DNA of 64,000 nt from an uncultured Verrucomicrobiae bacterium (GCA_963707025.1 CAVPOM010000006.1:288001-352000); one strand, 5' to 3'. Shown: positions 18,484-28,104, numbered from the stretch's first letter. Numbers and translations are program-made. The notes: generated by a model from the sequence alone, not told the origin.

Positions 18484-19894
18484 CGGCGCGCGGGTCGGTG
18501 GCGGAGATGATGACGCTGACCGATTTCTGGTTGAAGCCCTTGAAACCGCCGCGGCGCTGCAAATTCTCCAGGTGGCTCCCCAACGCGCCTTCCTTGACAA
18601 ACTTTTCGCGCTGTTCCCTGGTGATCCAGCCGGCTTGCACAAGTTTTTCGGCGCGCTCCGGTCGGACCGGCCAGCGTTCGCCTTCGGTGAAAGCCTGCCG
18701 CAGGAATGGGAAATCGGAAAACGGCTTCATCGTGGCCACGCCCTCGGCCCGCAGTTGCTCGCGCAACAAATCGAAATCAAACCGGGCTTCCAGATGGTGC
18801 AGGCCGGCTTGCAGAAAACTTTCCCCGTGCAAGGCGGTCCATAATCCGACGGTGCCCAGGCACGGGGCCGGCGAGAGCCTGGACGTGGAAAAATCAATCT
18901 GCCTTTCGCCGGGCATCAAATCCACGTCGGCGAAAACGACGATGCCCGCGACGGGGTGTTCGCTGATTTGCGCGCCCCAGCCCGCCTCGGCCCCGGCGTA
19001 AAAGCGTTCTCTTTTCACAAAACCGAGGCGGAGGAGAAACCGGATCACGTCCACAAAGCATGGGCGCGAACAACGAAAGGTGTGATGGTCATGGTTGCCC
19101 CAGCCCAGGCCAAGGCGGTCCTGGCGGCGTTTTTGTATTTGCGCGGCGCGGTTGCGCTGCTCCCAGTAGCGGCGTTCCTCCGCAAAAAAAAGCTGGCAGG
19201 CCAATTCCGGCCCGACGGAGCCGAGGATTTCATCCAGCGCGGCGTTGGCGGCGGCGAAGCCCGCGCGATTGCTGGCGGCCTGACGCGGGCGGGTCCGCCA
19301 AAGATCCTGGGCGCGCAGGATCTTCTTCAACCGGGCGGCTGGCAGGGGTGCCGGCACAAATCCGGCGTAGCCGTTGCGCTCCACCGCCTCCAGCCGGGTG
19401 CCCTGCTGCTCGCTCACCACCACGCGGCGCAACCGCCCGAAGGGGTCGCCCTCGACCGGGCCGGCCAGGGAGAGGGCCGCCGCGAAATCGGCCACCGCTT
19501 CCGCCCGCAAGGCGATGACCGCAGGATGGCGCCCCGCCGCCTTTGCCACCCGCACCCGCGGCAGGAGGGCTTGGGGATGTTTGAGCACCATTTCGCCCCG
19601 GGGCGCTTCCACCCTGTCGGAGACAAATCCCAAATCGCGCAACGGCTTTTCGTCCTCCGGCCCGAGCGCCAGATGGTCCATCCAATCGAAGAACTCGGTG
19701 CCCGTTTCATCCTGCATTCGCCGGGCCAGCAGGCGGGCGGCCCGGTTGCGCTGGAGAAAGGACTCCAGGCGCTGGCGCAGCAGCGTTTCGGCAGCGAACG
19801 CCAGCGGCCAATCGTATGGAGCGGGCCGGGCGTTGGCGGCGCTGGCCGTCGCCGCCGGTGCGGATTCTATGTCCGCATTTGCAATGGTTGGCAT
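18467..19894 (-). CDS. Conserved hypothetical protein, possibly VOC/glyoxalase-like fold
   Basis: 475-aa ORF; His motifs WMDHL, GWGNHDHHTFR, GLHHLEARF. Confidence 0.7.
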   Translation of the reverse strand: MPTIANADIESAPAATASAANARPAPYDWPLAFAAETLLRQRLESFLQRNRAARLLARRMQDETGTEFFDWMDHLALGPEDEKPLRDLGFVSDRVEAPRGEMVLKHPQALLPRVRVAKAAGRHPAVIALRAEAVADFAAALSLAGPVEGDPFGRLRRVVVSEQQGTRLEAVERNGYAGFVPAPLPAARLKKILRAQDLWRTRPRQAASNRAGFAAANAALDEILGSVGPELACQLFFAEERRYWEQRNRAAQIQKRRQDRLGLGWGNHDHHTFRCSRPCFVDVIRFLLRLGFVKRERFYAGAEAGWGAQISEHPVAGIVVFADVDLMPGERQIDFSTSRLSPAPCLGTVGLWTALHGESFLQAGLHHLEARFDFDLLREQLRAEGVATMKPFSDFPFLRQAFTEGERWPVRPERAEKLVQAGWITREQREKFVKEGALGSHLENLQRRGGFKGFNQKSVSVIISATDPRAANFGA

Positions 19895-19920
19895 GGGGAA
19901 AGTTTAGGAACAGGGAGGCA

Positions 19921-19957
19921 TTGAGATTAAGATCAGGATTAGGATTTAGATTAAGAA
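19921..19957. repeat. Hexamer array (GATTAA-like), single arm
   Basis: ttgagattaagatcaggattaggatttagattaaga. Confidence 0.8.
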
Positions 19958-19999
19958 GAGGACGGAGAGGGCGGTGATCAGGCGCATGCGGATGCCAAA

Positions 20000-21049
20000 C
20001 TAGACGGCCGGGTGCGGCTCCGCCCGGGGAATTTCCTCTTCAACGCCCATGAAATGCAGGCCCAATTGCACGACCAGCCACTGGCTGAAAGCGCGCGCTT
20101 TCACTTCGCTCCAGCCGCAGGGGGACAGCGCCTCGCGCCGGAGCGCCGCCCCGGGCTGGCGCCGGTCCAGGGCGGGCAGATAACTGTAGAAAGCGCCGCT
20201 GGAGAGCCGGCTGACCCGGCGTTGCAGGCAGACGCCGGCAATTTCCCCGCGTGGAAAGGTAATGGACTGCTTGCGCCCGCCGGTCTGCGGCAGGGTGAGG
20301 GCTTGGGATTTCTCGTCAATGAACAAGTCGTATTTGCCGGAAGCATTGCGCCAGGCCGTCCAACAGAAGGCGGCCGCCGCCACCGTCAGCACCGCCGCCC
20401 AGGTGTTTTCCATCGCCTTGAGGCCCGGGGCCAGGCCATTCATGGCCAGGACCGGGAAGGTGGCGGCAAAGGCCGCGCCACCCAAGGCATAAAAGCCCGC
20501 GGCCGGCGCCGACAGCCAAGCCAGCCGGACGCGAATCCGGCCGCCTTGCCGCCAAATAGGCACTCCGCCCGCCTCCGGCACGCGCCACAGTTCGCGCAGG
20601 CGCGCCCCGATCCAGAGCCAGAGCATGATCAAGGCGACGTTGACCGGGATGGAAAACAAAATCACCATCAGATCAACTCCCTCCACTCCCGTCGCCAGGA
20701 CGGAGTTGGCCGGGTTGTTGGGATCGTAAAAGACGGTGTGCTCCGACCACTTTGGAAATTTCCGCACGATGTCCCTTCCGGTGCTGCTGGAGTAATTGTC
20801 GTCATACCGGTAGCGGGTGCCGCGGTACTCCTTCCCGTTGACGTTGTAAGCATACTCGACGGTGACGCCGGAGTGGAAGCTGCTGTGCGGGCTGACCTCG
20901 CTCAACACTATTTGGCCGCGGGTGGTCGCGAAGTTTTTGGCCAGGTATTGCCGCAGCGTCGTGCCAAAGACAAAGTAATCAGCCCCGGCCACCATCGCCG
21001 TCCAACATATCAGCGTCACCAGGACGATATACACCGTGGACTTGGACAT
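20000..21049 (-). CDS. DUF3592-like membrane protein
   Basis: TM-'TTRGQIVLSEV...VEYAYNVNGKEY...VFYDPNNPANSVL'-TM. Confidence 0.75.
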   Translation of the reverse strand: MSKSTVYIVLVTLICWTAMVAGADYFVFGTTLRQYLAKNFATTRGQIVLSEVSPHSSFHSGVTVEYAYNVNGKEYRGTRYRYDDNYSSSTGRDIVRKFPKWSEHTVFYDPNNPANSVLATGVEGVDLMVILFSIPVNVALIMLWLWIGARLRELWRVPEAGGVPIWRQGGRIRVRLAWLSAPAAGFYALGGAAFAATFPVLAMNGLAPGLKAMENTWAAVLTVAAAAFCWTAWRNASGKYDLFIDEKSQALTLPQTGGRKQSITFPRGEIAGVCLQRRVSRLSSGAFYSYLPALDRRQPGAALRREALSPCGWSEVKARAFSQWLVVQLGLHFMGVEEEIPRAEPHPAV

Positions 21050-21094
21050 GCCCGGTAATATGCACCAGCATGGCCCGGTGACAACCCCCAAAAT

Positions 21095-21529
21095 TCAGCG
21101 GCTTGGCCCGGGCCGCTCCGGGTGGAATTTGCCGCCGTCACCCGGTTGATAAAGGCGCAGGCCCAGCACGCCGCGCATGAGTTCAAAATGGGGGTCGGCG
21201 GCATAAACCCGGCAACCCCACTGCAAGGACAGGCTGGCGATCAAAATGTCACTCCACGGAACGGCGTGCCCCTGGTCGCGCAAGCGCCAGGCACAGTGCA
21301 GCGCAAAATCCCACGCCCCGTCATCAATGACCTTGTGGGGGATGGATTCAAAACCAGCCGACAGGCGCGGCCGATCCTGCCGGCGCGCGCCCGCCAGCAC
21401 TTCCAGTTTGATCGGCCCGCAAATGACGGCCTCGGCCGCCTCGATCAGCCCTAGCAACCCGCTTTTGCACGCCCGGCAGCCGTCGCGCCGGGCGCACTCG
21501 ATCCAGACCGATGAATCCACCAGCACCAT
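21095..21529 (-). CDS. vapC: VapC PIN-domain toxin
   Basis: MVLVDSSVWI, EVLAG, DILIAS, DPHF. Confidence 0.88.
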   Translation of the reverse strand: MVLVDSSVWIECARRDGCRACKSGLLGLIEAAEAVICGPIKLEVLAGARRQDRPRLSAGFESIPHKVIDDGAWDFALHCAWRLRDQGHAVPWSDILIASLSLQWGCRVYAADPHFELMRGVLGLRLYQPGDGGKFHPERPGPSR

Positions 21530-21534
21530 AGGCG

Positions 21535-21738
21535 TCAACCCTGGAGTTTTTCCACCTCGTCGTTGGTGGCCGGATAGTCCAATTCCCCCTTGCCCAACAA
21601 GAGGGCGAAGTCCCTGGCCTTCCCGCACCGCACAATCTCGGCGACGGCGGCGGCCACCGCCGAACTTTGGTCTTTGACCTGCAATATCCGGCAGGCATCC
21701 GCCAACAGATCATCCGCGATTTCGACGGTCAGTCTCAT
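21535..21738 (-). CDS. vapB: VapB-type antitoxin
   Basis: 'MRLTVEIADDLL...SSAVAAAV', ribbon-helix-helix-like, directly upstream of vapC. Confidence 0.8.
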   Translation of the reverse strand: MRLTVEIADDLLADACRILQVKDQSSAVAAAVAEIVRCGKARDFALLLGKGELDYPATNDEVEKLQG

Positions 21739-21832
21739 ACCAATTGATATATCCGACCGGGCCGCCTTTTTCAAGCGTGGCATGGACGGGGGCAGCCGTG
21801 ATGGCGGATCTTCCTTCTTGGGCAACGGGCAA

Positions 21833-21925
21833 TTCTTAATCTTAATCTTAATCTTAATCTTAATCTCCTCCGGGCCAAAAGTCCTCAAAATGGGATTAAG
21901 AGTAAGATTAAGATTAAGAGCAGGA
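21833..21925. repeat. Inverted hexamer arrays (CTTAAT)x5...(GATTAA)n
   Basis: ttcttaatcttaatcttaatcttaatcttaatctc and gattaagagtaagattaagattaagagcagga. Confidence 0.92.
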
Positions 21926-22027
21926 GGCAGAAGCCGTTCCGCCCGAAAACGAGCTGCCCGCGCCGCGCCGCGCTGCGGCCAGTTTCCATTGGACATGGCG
22001 CGGGCGCGGTATTTCAATGGGCCGGCT

Positions 22028-22687
22028 ATGGCGCGCGAAAGTTTCTCCGTTCAATCCAAACGCGCCCTGGAGATCATCGGCCGGCTCAAAACGGCCTATC
22101 CCGGGGCGCACTGCGAACTGGATTACTCCAACCCGATCCAGTTGCTCGTCGCCACCATCCTCTCCGCCCAATGCACGGACAAACGGGTGAACCTGGTGAC
22201 GCAAACGCTCTTCCAAAAATACCGGACGCCGCGGGAGTTTGCCCAAGCGCCGCCGGGCGTGCTGGAAGCCGACATTAAAAGCACCGGGTTCTTCCGCAAC
22301 AAAGCCAAAAGCATCCGGGGGGCCTGCCGCGCCCTGCTGGAAAAGCACGGCGGCCAGGTTCCGCGCGACATGGCGTCACTGGTGCAACTGGACGGGGTGG
22401 GGCGCAAAACCGCCAACGTGGTCCTGGGCAACGCCTTCGGCCTGGCCGAGGGCATTGTGGTGGACACCCATGTGGCGCGGCTGGCCAGGCGGCTGCGGCT
22501 GAGCCGGAACACCACGCCGGAAAAAATTGAATCTGATTTGCAAAAGCTCGTTCCGCGGGCGGATTGGACGCTGGTCAGTCATTTGCTCATCTGGCACGGA
22601 CGCCGGCGTTGCGGCGCGCGCCAGCCGGATTGCGCGGGGTGCGAAATCAGGAGCCTTTGTCCGACGGGGCGCGCGGCTTTAGGTTGA
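22028..22687 (+). CDS. nth: Endonuclease III
   Basis: LLVATILSAQCTD, GVGRKTANVV, VDTHV, C-terminal 4-Cys Fe-S motif. Confidence 0.95.
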   Translation: MARESFSVQSKRALEIIGRLKTAYPGAHCELDYSNPIQLLVATILSAQCTDKRVNLVTQTLFQKYRTPREFAQAPPGVLEADIKSTGFFRNKAKSIRGACRALLEKHGGQVPRDMASLVQLDGVGRKTANVVLGNAFGLAEGIVVDTHVARLARRLRLSRNTTPEKIESDLQKLVPRADWTLVSHLLIWHGRRRCGARQPDCAGCEIRSLCPTGRAALG

Positions 22688-22689
22688 CG

Positions 22690-23363
22690 ATGGAAACCTG
22701 GTATTTGCTGGAGTCTGGAGCGGGACCGCCCGCTTACAACATGGCGCTGGACGAGGCCTTGCTGGAATCGGCCCCGCAACGGGCGCGGCCCGTCCTGCGC
22801 TTCTACAGTTGGACGGAGCCGGCGGCCACCTTTGGCTACGCGCAAAAATACCGCCAGGCCGCCGCCCTCACCCGCCTGCGTCCCCTGGTGCGGCGCACGA
22901 CCGGCGGCGGGGTGGTGCCGCACGACGCGGACTGGACTTACAGCCTGATTTTTCCGCCGCAACACCCTTGGCATCGCCTCAGGGCGGCGGAAAGTTACCG
23001 GCGCCTGCACGAATGGATTCGCGCCGCCTTCGCGCGGCTCAACGTGCCGGCGGCCCTGGCCGCTTCCAGTCAAAAAGAAATTCCAGGACACTGTTTTGCC
23101 GGCCCGGAGACGTCCGATCTGCTCTGGGGCGGACGCAAGATCGCGGGCGCGGCGCAGCGGCGGGCGCGGACGGGCTTGCTCATCCAGGGATCGGTGCAGC
23201 CGCCGCCCGGCCTGGCCCGGTCGGACTGGCAATCAGCCCTCTGCCGGGAGATGGAGAGGGAAGTGGCGTGGCAGCCGTTCCGGCCGGCCTGCTGCCCGCG
23301 GAACTGGCCCTGCGCCTGCAAGAGGAGAAGTACGCCCAAGCCAGTTTCAACCAGAAACGGTGA
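22690..23363 (+). CDS. Lipoate-protein ligase family protein, apparent frameshift near 23280-23290
   Basis: NMALDEALL, LRFYSW, RRTTGGG, KIAGAAQRR; plausible C-terminus 'LQEEKYAQASFNQKR' lies in another frame. Confidence 0.8.
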
Positions 23364-23400
23364 GCCGCCCTGATGCGTCAGTCATGGGTGGGCCGGAAAA

Positions 23401-23662
23401 GGTAGGGCGGGCAGTCCTCTGCCCGCCGCGCGACGGTAATGCGACGATGCTGCCTCTGCCAAAGCGACGGCGCGCAGGCGCCTGGACCTCCTTGCCAAAA
23501 AAGATTTGAGACGCTCGCGCCCCGCTCCTGAGCGGCTTGCTTGGGAGCGCGCGCATCGCGTTGTGTAGGTCGCATTGCGCCTGTGGCGCAAGTCCCGCTT
23601 CTTCCCGCTTCCGGGGAGCGCACGCGCCCTCGCGTGCTGCGGGCCGCGCCTCGCGGCCCGCA
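23401..23662. repeat. Mosaic cluster of several REP-like palindromes
   Basis: ggtagggcgggcagtcctctgcccgcc; tgtaggtcgcattgcgcctgtggcgcaa; gggagcgcacgcgccctcgcgtgc; tgcgggccgcg-cct-cgcggcccgca. Confidence 0.7.
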
Positions 23663-23791
23663 GTACCCCCCTCGTCAATGAAAGGGGTCCTCCTCATCCA
23701 ACCAAATGCTGTATTCCGTCACTTACCATAATCCATCCCCAAAAGCAACGAAAAATGACCGTTAAAAAATCGCTTTGGTTGAACAAATCCA

Positions 23792-23819
23792 TTGACACTA
23801 TGCTCATTTAGTCTATTCT
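23792..23819 (+). promoter_or_regulatory. Sigma-70-type promoter for the downstream ORF
   Basis: TTGACA-N16-TATTCT; AAGGAGG RBS before ATG 23889. Confidence 0.55.
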
Positions 23820-23888
23820 GTGGACGGGCAGGCGATCCACTCGTCCGGCGGAAAACAACACGACAGGTTATGGTTTAAGGAGGATGAT

Positions 23889-24860
23889 ATGAGGAATGGC
23901 AAAATTGCAAAACTGCTCTCCACCGTCCGGGATGAGCTCAATGTGCGCATGGACAACGGCGAAAACGGCGGAAAACTTCTGCGCTGGCTCAACGGACTTC
24001 CTGAAGTCAAGGCGACGCTCCAGGCCAGCTTTGGCGGCCAGCCCGTCAGCAAGCAAAATCTCTGCGAATGGCGCCAGGGCGGCTTCCGCGAATGGCAGCT
24101 TCATTACCAATGGATTCATCAGGCTTATGAACTCAACCGGCTCACCACCGACATGGAGCAAGTGCTGGATGCGCCCATGCTGGCCGGCGACATGGCCAAA
24201 CTGCTGGCTGTCCGCTACGCCGCCCTCCTCAACACCTGGGATGGCGAGGCGGACCCGAAATTCGAGCGCGGCCTCCGCCTGCTGCGCGGCCTGGGCCAGG
24301 ACATCGCCTTGCTGCAAAGGACCTTGCATCGCTCCAGCCTCCAGGAAATTGCCTCCGACCAGCATTTTGAGGACGACTGCAACAAGAGAAGGGAGAAAAT
24401 AAGGGGGATGGCCATGGCCCCCATTTTGGCCAGGATGGAACAGAACAACCTGGAAAGGCTGTTTGGCAACTATGTGGACGAAGCGGCGGCCAGACGGCTC
24501 GCCGAATTTGTCACCGCCATCAAATTTAACCTGCCGCTGCCCAAAACGCCCCGACCGGAGCCGCCCGGTCAAACCTCCCGGTCAAACCCAAAGGCCCCGG
24601 CCGCCACTGTAGCCGCGGTCTGCGACCGTCGCACTCGTCGAACCTCCCGGTCAACGCCGGCGCCCGCGCCGGTTGTAGCGGCGGTCTGTGACCGTCGCAC
24701 TCCTCAAACCTCCCGGTCAAACCCGGTGTCATCGGCCCAGCCACTCAAACCCTCTCAGCCTCCGCCAACGCCGCCCGGTCAAACTGCTTTGCCCCCGGCT
24801 GTCCGGTCTGCTATGCCCGGCCAGGCCGCCGAAGAGCCGCCCGGTCAAACCGGGTCAAAC
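23889..24860 (+). CDS. Hypothetical protein (DUF3486/Mu gp27-like N-terminus) with repeat-derived tail; 5' exon of the intron host gene (3' exon 26820-26837)
   Basis: 'GKIAKL..VRDELN..MDNGE...WLNGLPEV...SKQNLCEWRQGGF'; spliced end would read GSN-HNCEA-stop. Confidence 0.7.
24564..24860 (+). repeat. Seven (C)CCGGTCAAAC-like motifs plus a 66-bp-spaced duplication carrying REP family A, all in frame
   Basis: Motif at 24564, 24577, 24646, 24712, 24774, 24840, 24851; REPs at 24608 and 24674. Confidence 0.88.
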
Positions 24861-26819
24861 GTTGCGCCAGTGAAGTTGGTTGGAACGCGGGTGAAAGTCC
24901 CGTCCGTCGAATTAGGCTGTTCACGACGGAACACGACCTCAACAGCGCCGCCGCGAGGCGGGGTTGGAAGCTGAGGGAGATGAACAGACGGGCCGTAATG
25001 AAAATGAACCACATCCAATGAGCCTCGATAAGTTTAGAACCGGAGACAAGCCGAGCCGCTGTTTGACCGGCGAAGGCCGCAGGGAGGAGGCAGGGCAACA
25101 GTCAGAGCCTTCTCAACGCTCCGGCGGGGTCGGCGTGGACGGCACGTCTGGAAGTTCAACCAAGGTAAGCTGGGAGAACTCCGGCGGCGGGCGGCCAGCC
25201 CAACCGCCCGCGCAAGCTGGCAAGACCAGTCAGGCGAGCGGCCCTGCCGGAGAAGTCGGAGTTCCTCATAGTAGCGTGGACTTGTTTGCGCTCCAGGCGG
25301 ATTTCCGCCGGGAGTTGCGCGAGCGAACGCAAAGGGGGAACACTTGCTCAATGCGTGGAGGCGAAGCGAAGGATGCGGGGATGGCCGGGGCGACCCGGAT
25401 AGCAACCCCGGAGAAAGTTCGGCAGCTTCAAATCGCGCTCTATCGGAAAGCCAAAGCAGAGCCGAAGTATCGGTTCTGGAGCCTGTATGGGGAATTGCTG
25501 CGCAAGGACGTGCTCGAAACCGCCTTGGCAGCGCAACAGCGCAACGGCGGGGCCGCGGGAGTGGACGGACAGAGTATGGAGTCCATCACCGCCGACCCGG
25601 CCCTGCGCCAGCAATGGCTCGACCGCCTGCAAGCAGAACTCAAAGCCAAGACGTATCGGGCCAGCCCGGTGCGGCGGGTGATGATTCCCAAGAGCAGCGG
25701 AGGGGAACGGCCGTTGGGCATCCCGACGGTCAAGGACCGGGTGGTGCAAACGGCGGTGTATCTGGTGCTGATGCCGATCTTGGAGGCGGACTTTCATCCG
25801 CGCTCCTACGGCTTTCGGCCCAAACGCCGGGCACACCAAGCCATTGCGGAAATCCAACAAGCAGTGCAGCAAGGCTACGTGGAAATCATCAACGCGGACC
25901 TGACGAAATATTTCGACACGATTCCGCACCGGGAACTGATGAAGGCCGTGGCCCGGCGGGTCAGCGACGGCAGCGTGCTGCGGCTCCTCAAGAGCTGGCT
26001 GCGCGCCCCGGTCGCGGAGGAAGACCAGGACGGCACCAAGCGAGTGATCCCCAACCGGCGCGGCACGCCGCAAGGCGGGGTCATCTCGCCGCTGCTGGCC
26101 AACCTCTACCTCAACCCGCTGGATCACGGGGTGAACGAGAAAACCTCCGGCCAAGCCCGCATGGTGCGCTACGCCGATGACTTTGTCATCGCGTGCGCGG
26201 CGGGGTGCGGCGGAGGGCTGATAGCGCGGCTCAAGAAATGGCTTCGAGCCAAAGGGCTGACCCTCAACGAAGTCAAAACCCGAATTGTGAACATTCGCAA
26301 GGAAGGGATCAACTTCCTGGGCTTCAACCTGACCTGGCGCAAGTCCTTTGGAGGGCGCGGCTACCTGCACGTTCAACCCAGCCAGAAAAGCCGGGGGGCC
26401 CTGCGCGAGAAACTGGGCGGCATCCTCAACCACTGGACGCAGGGGCGTCCGATACAGGAGGTGGTCAAAGAGGTCAACCAAGTCTTGCGCGGATGGGCGG
26501 GCTACTTCCACTACGGCAACAGCGTCTCGGTGATGAACCGGATGAAACACTACAGCCAAAACCGCTTTCGGCGCTGGCTGTGGCGCAAACACGGTTGCCG
26601 CCGCAGCCTGTGGGAACACTACGTTCCCGAGCAGTTGCACCAGCGTTATGGACTCTATGAACTGCCGACCACGGCGAAGTGGAAGGCGGCCCGATGAATG
26701 AGTTCGGAGAGCCGAATATGGGAAATCCGTCCGTTCGGTTCGATGAGGGGCGAAGTGGCAGCGCGAGACTGACAACTGCGGTCAGTTCAATCCGCCTCCT
26801 TCCACTTCGCCTACTCTAC
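24861..26819 (+). mobile_element. Group II intron, complete
   Basis: 5' GTTGCG; EBS1 loop GTTTGA at 25061 complementary to exon end TCAAAC; domain V GAGCCG..GAAA..CGGTTC near 26709-26741; domain VI GGCGAAGTGG...CCACTTCGCC ending TACTCTAC. Confidence 0.92.
25381..26697 (+). CDS. ltrA: Group II intron reverse transcriptase/maturase without endonuclease domain
   Basis: GAAGVDG, RPLGIPTVKDR, SYGFRP, GTPQGGVISPLLANLYL, RYADD, FLGF, GWAGYF. Confidence 0.95.
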   Translation: MAGATRIATPEKVRQLQIALYRKAKAEPKYRFWSLYGELLRKDVLETALAAQQRNGGAAGVDGQSMESITADPALRQQWLDRLQAELKAKTYRASPVRRVMIPKSSGGERPLGIPTVKDRVVQTAVYLVLMPILEADFHPRSYGFRPKRRAHQAIAEIQQAVQQGYVEIINADLTKYFDTIPHRELMKAVARRVSDGSVLRLLKSWLRAPVAEEDQDGTKRVIPNRRGTPQGGVISPLLANLYLNPLDHGVNEKTSGQARMVRYADDFVIACAAGCGGGLIARLKKWLRAKGLTLNEVKTRIVNIRKEGINFLGFNLTWRKSFGGRGYLHVQPSQKSRGALREKLGGILNHWTQGRPIQEVVKEVNQVLRGWAGYFHYGNSVSVMNRMKHYSQNRFRRWLWRKHGCRRSLWEHYVPEQLHQRYGLYELPTTAKWKAAR

Positions 26820-26853
26820 CATAATTGTGAAGCTTGACCACCTTGACCATGAG

Positions 26854-26882
26854 CATCCACTCCACCACTCCACCACTCCATT
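26854..26882. repeat. 8-bp array (CCACTCCA)x3
   Basis: catccactccaccactccaccactccatt; reverse-complement type at 45879-45910. Confidence 0.7.
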
Positions 26883-26955
26883 CGGCCTCCGCATTGCGCC
26901 TGCGTCCCGCTTGCTTTATCCGCGGACTCAATTATTCTGCAAGACCTGATTTGAT

Positions 26956-28104
26956 ATGCAATTGGACAATGACGAAATCCGGCGCTACTCGCGCCACTTG
27001 ATTCTGCCGGAGGTCGGGCTGGCCGGGCAGAAGAAGATTTGCTCGACCAGCGTGCTGTGCATCGGCGCGGGGGGGCTGGGTTCGCCCATCGCCATGTACC
27101 TGGCGGCGGCGGGCATCGGCAAGCTGGGCCTGGTGGATTTTGACACGGTGGATTTTTCCAATCTCCAGCGCCAGATCATCCACGGCACCGCCGACGTGGG
27201 CCGGCCCAAAATCCAATCGGCCCGCGACACCATCCACCGCATCAACCCCAACGTCGAAGTGGCGCTGCACAATGCCCGCCTGACCAGCGAAAACGCGCTG
27301 GAGATTCTCGCCCCGTACGACATCGTGGTGGACGGGACGGACAACTTTCCCACGCGCTACCTGACCAACGACGCGTGCGTGCTGCTGAAAAAGCCCAACA
27401 TCTACGGTTCGATTTTTCGATTTGAAGGGCAGGCCAGTGTGTTCGCGCCGCATTTGCACGGCCCGTGTTACCGCTGTTTGTATCCCGAACCGCCGCCGCC
27501 CGGCATGGTGCCCAGTTGCGCGGAAGGCGGCGTGCTGGGCGTGCTGCCCGGCATCATCGGCTGCATCCAGGCCACCGAGATTTTGAAATTGGCCCTGGGC
27601 AAGGGCAGTTCCCTCCTGGGCCGGCTGCTCCTGCTCGACGCCCTGGAAATGAAGTTCCGCGAACTCCGGCTCCGCCCCGATCCCCAATGCCCATTGTGCG
27701 GCGAAAATCCCACGATCACGCAGTTGATGGATTACCAGGTGTTCTGCGGCATCCCCGACGCCCCGGCCCAGCCGGCCTCCAACCCGGACGAAGTGACCGT
27801 GCAGCAGATGAAACAGGCCCTGGACGACCCCAAGCTGGGGATCCAGGTCATTGATGTGCGCGAGCCGGATGAACATCAAATCGCCCACGTCCAGGGGGTG
27901 CCGCTCATCCCCTTGAGTGTGTTGCCGCAACGCTTCACCGAGCTGGATCCCAACCAGCACATTTACATCCATTGCAAAAGCGGCGCGCGCTCCCTCAAGG
28001 CGCTGCAATTCCTGCGCGAACAAGGCTACAAGTACTTGAAGAGTGTCCGGGGCGGCATCAACGCCTGGGCGGACGAAGTGGACCACAATGTTCCGAAGTA
28101 TTGA
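26956..28104 (+). CDS. moeB: MoeB/MoeZ E1-like adenylyltransferase with C-terminal rhodanese
   Basis: RYSRHLIL, GAGGLGSP, SNLQRQ, DGTDNF, CYRC, CPLC, HCKSGARS. Confidence 0.95.
   Translation: MQLDNDEIRRYSRHLILPEVGLAGQKKICSTSVLCIGAGGLGSPIAMYLAAAGIGKLGLVDFDTVDFSNLQRQIIHGTADVGRPKIQSARDTIHRINPNVEVALHNARLTSENALEILAPYDIVVDGTDNFPTRYLTNDACVLLKKPNIYGSIFRFEGQASVFAPHLHGPCYRCLYPEPPPPGMVPSCAEGGVLGVLPGIIGCIQATEILKLALGKGSSLLGRLLLLDALEMKFRELRLRPDPQCPLCGENPTITQLMDYQVFCGIPDAPAQPASNPDEVTVQQMKQALDDPKLGIQVIDVREPDEHQIAHVQGVPLIPLSVLPQRFTELDPNQHIYIHCKSGARSLKALQFLREQGYKYLKSVRGGINAWADEVDHNVPKY

Noticed and set aside
24964..25380. N-terminal 139 aa of the 577-aa RT ORF
   Set aside because: Overlaps ribozyme domains I-III; RT similarity starts near ATG 25381
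25885..25905. 'INADL' as an inactivating RT mutation
   Set aside because: The conserved catalytic Asp is the one in ADL..YFD, which is present, as is YADD
17740..26697. Avd-like gene plus RT as a diversity-generating retroelement
   Set aside because: The RT is a group II intron maturase with full domain V/VI, it is 7 kb away, and I found no TR/VR pair with adenine-specific differences
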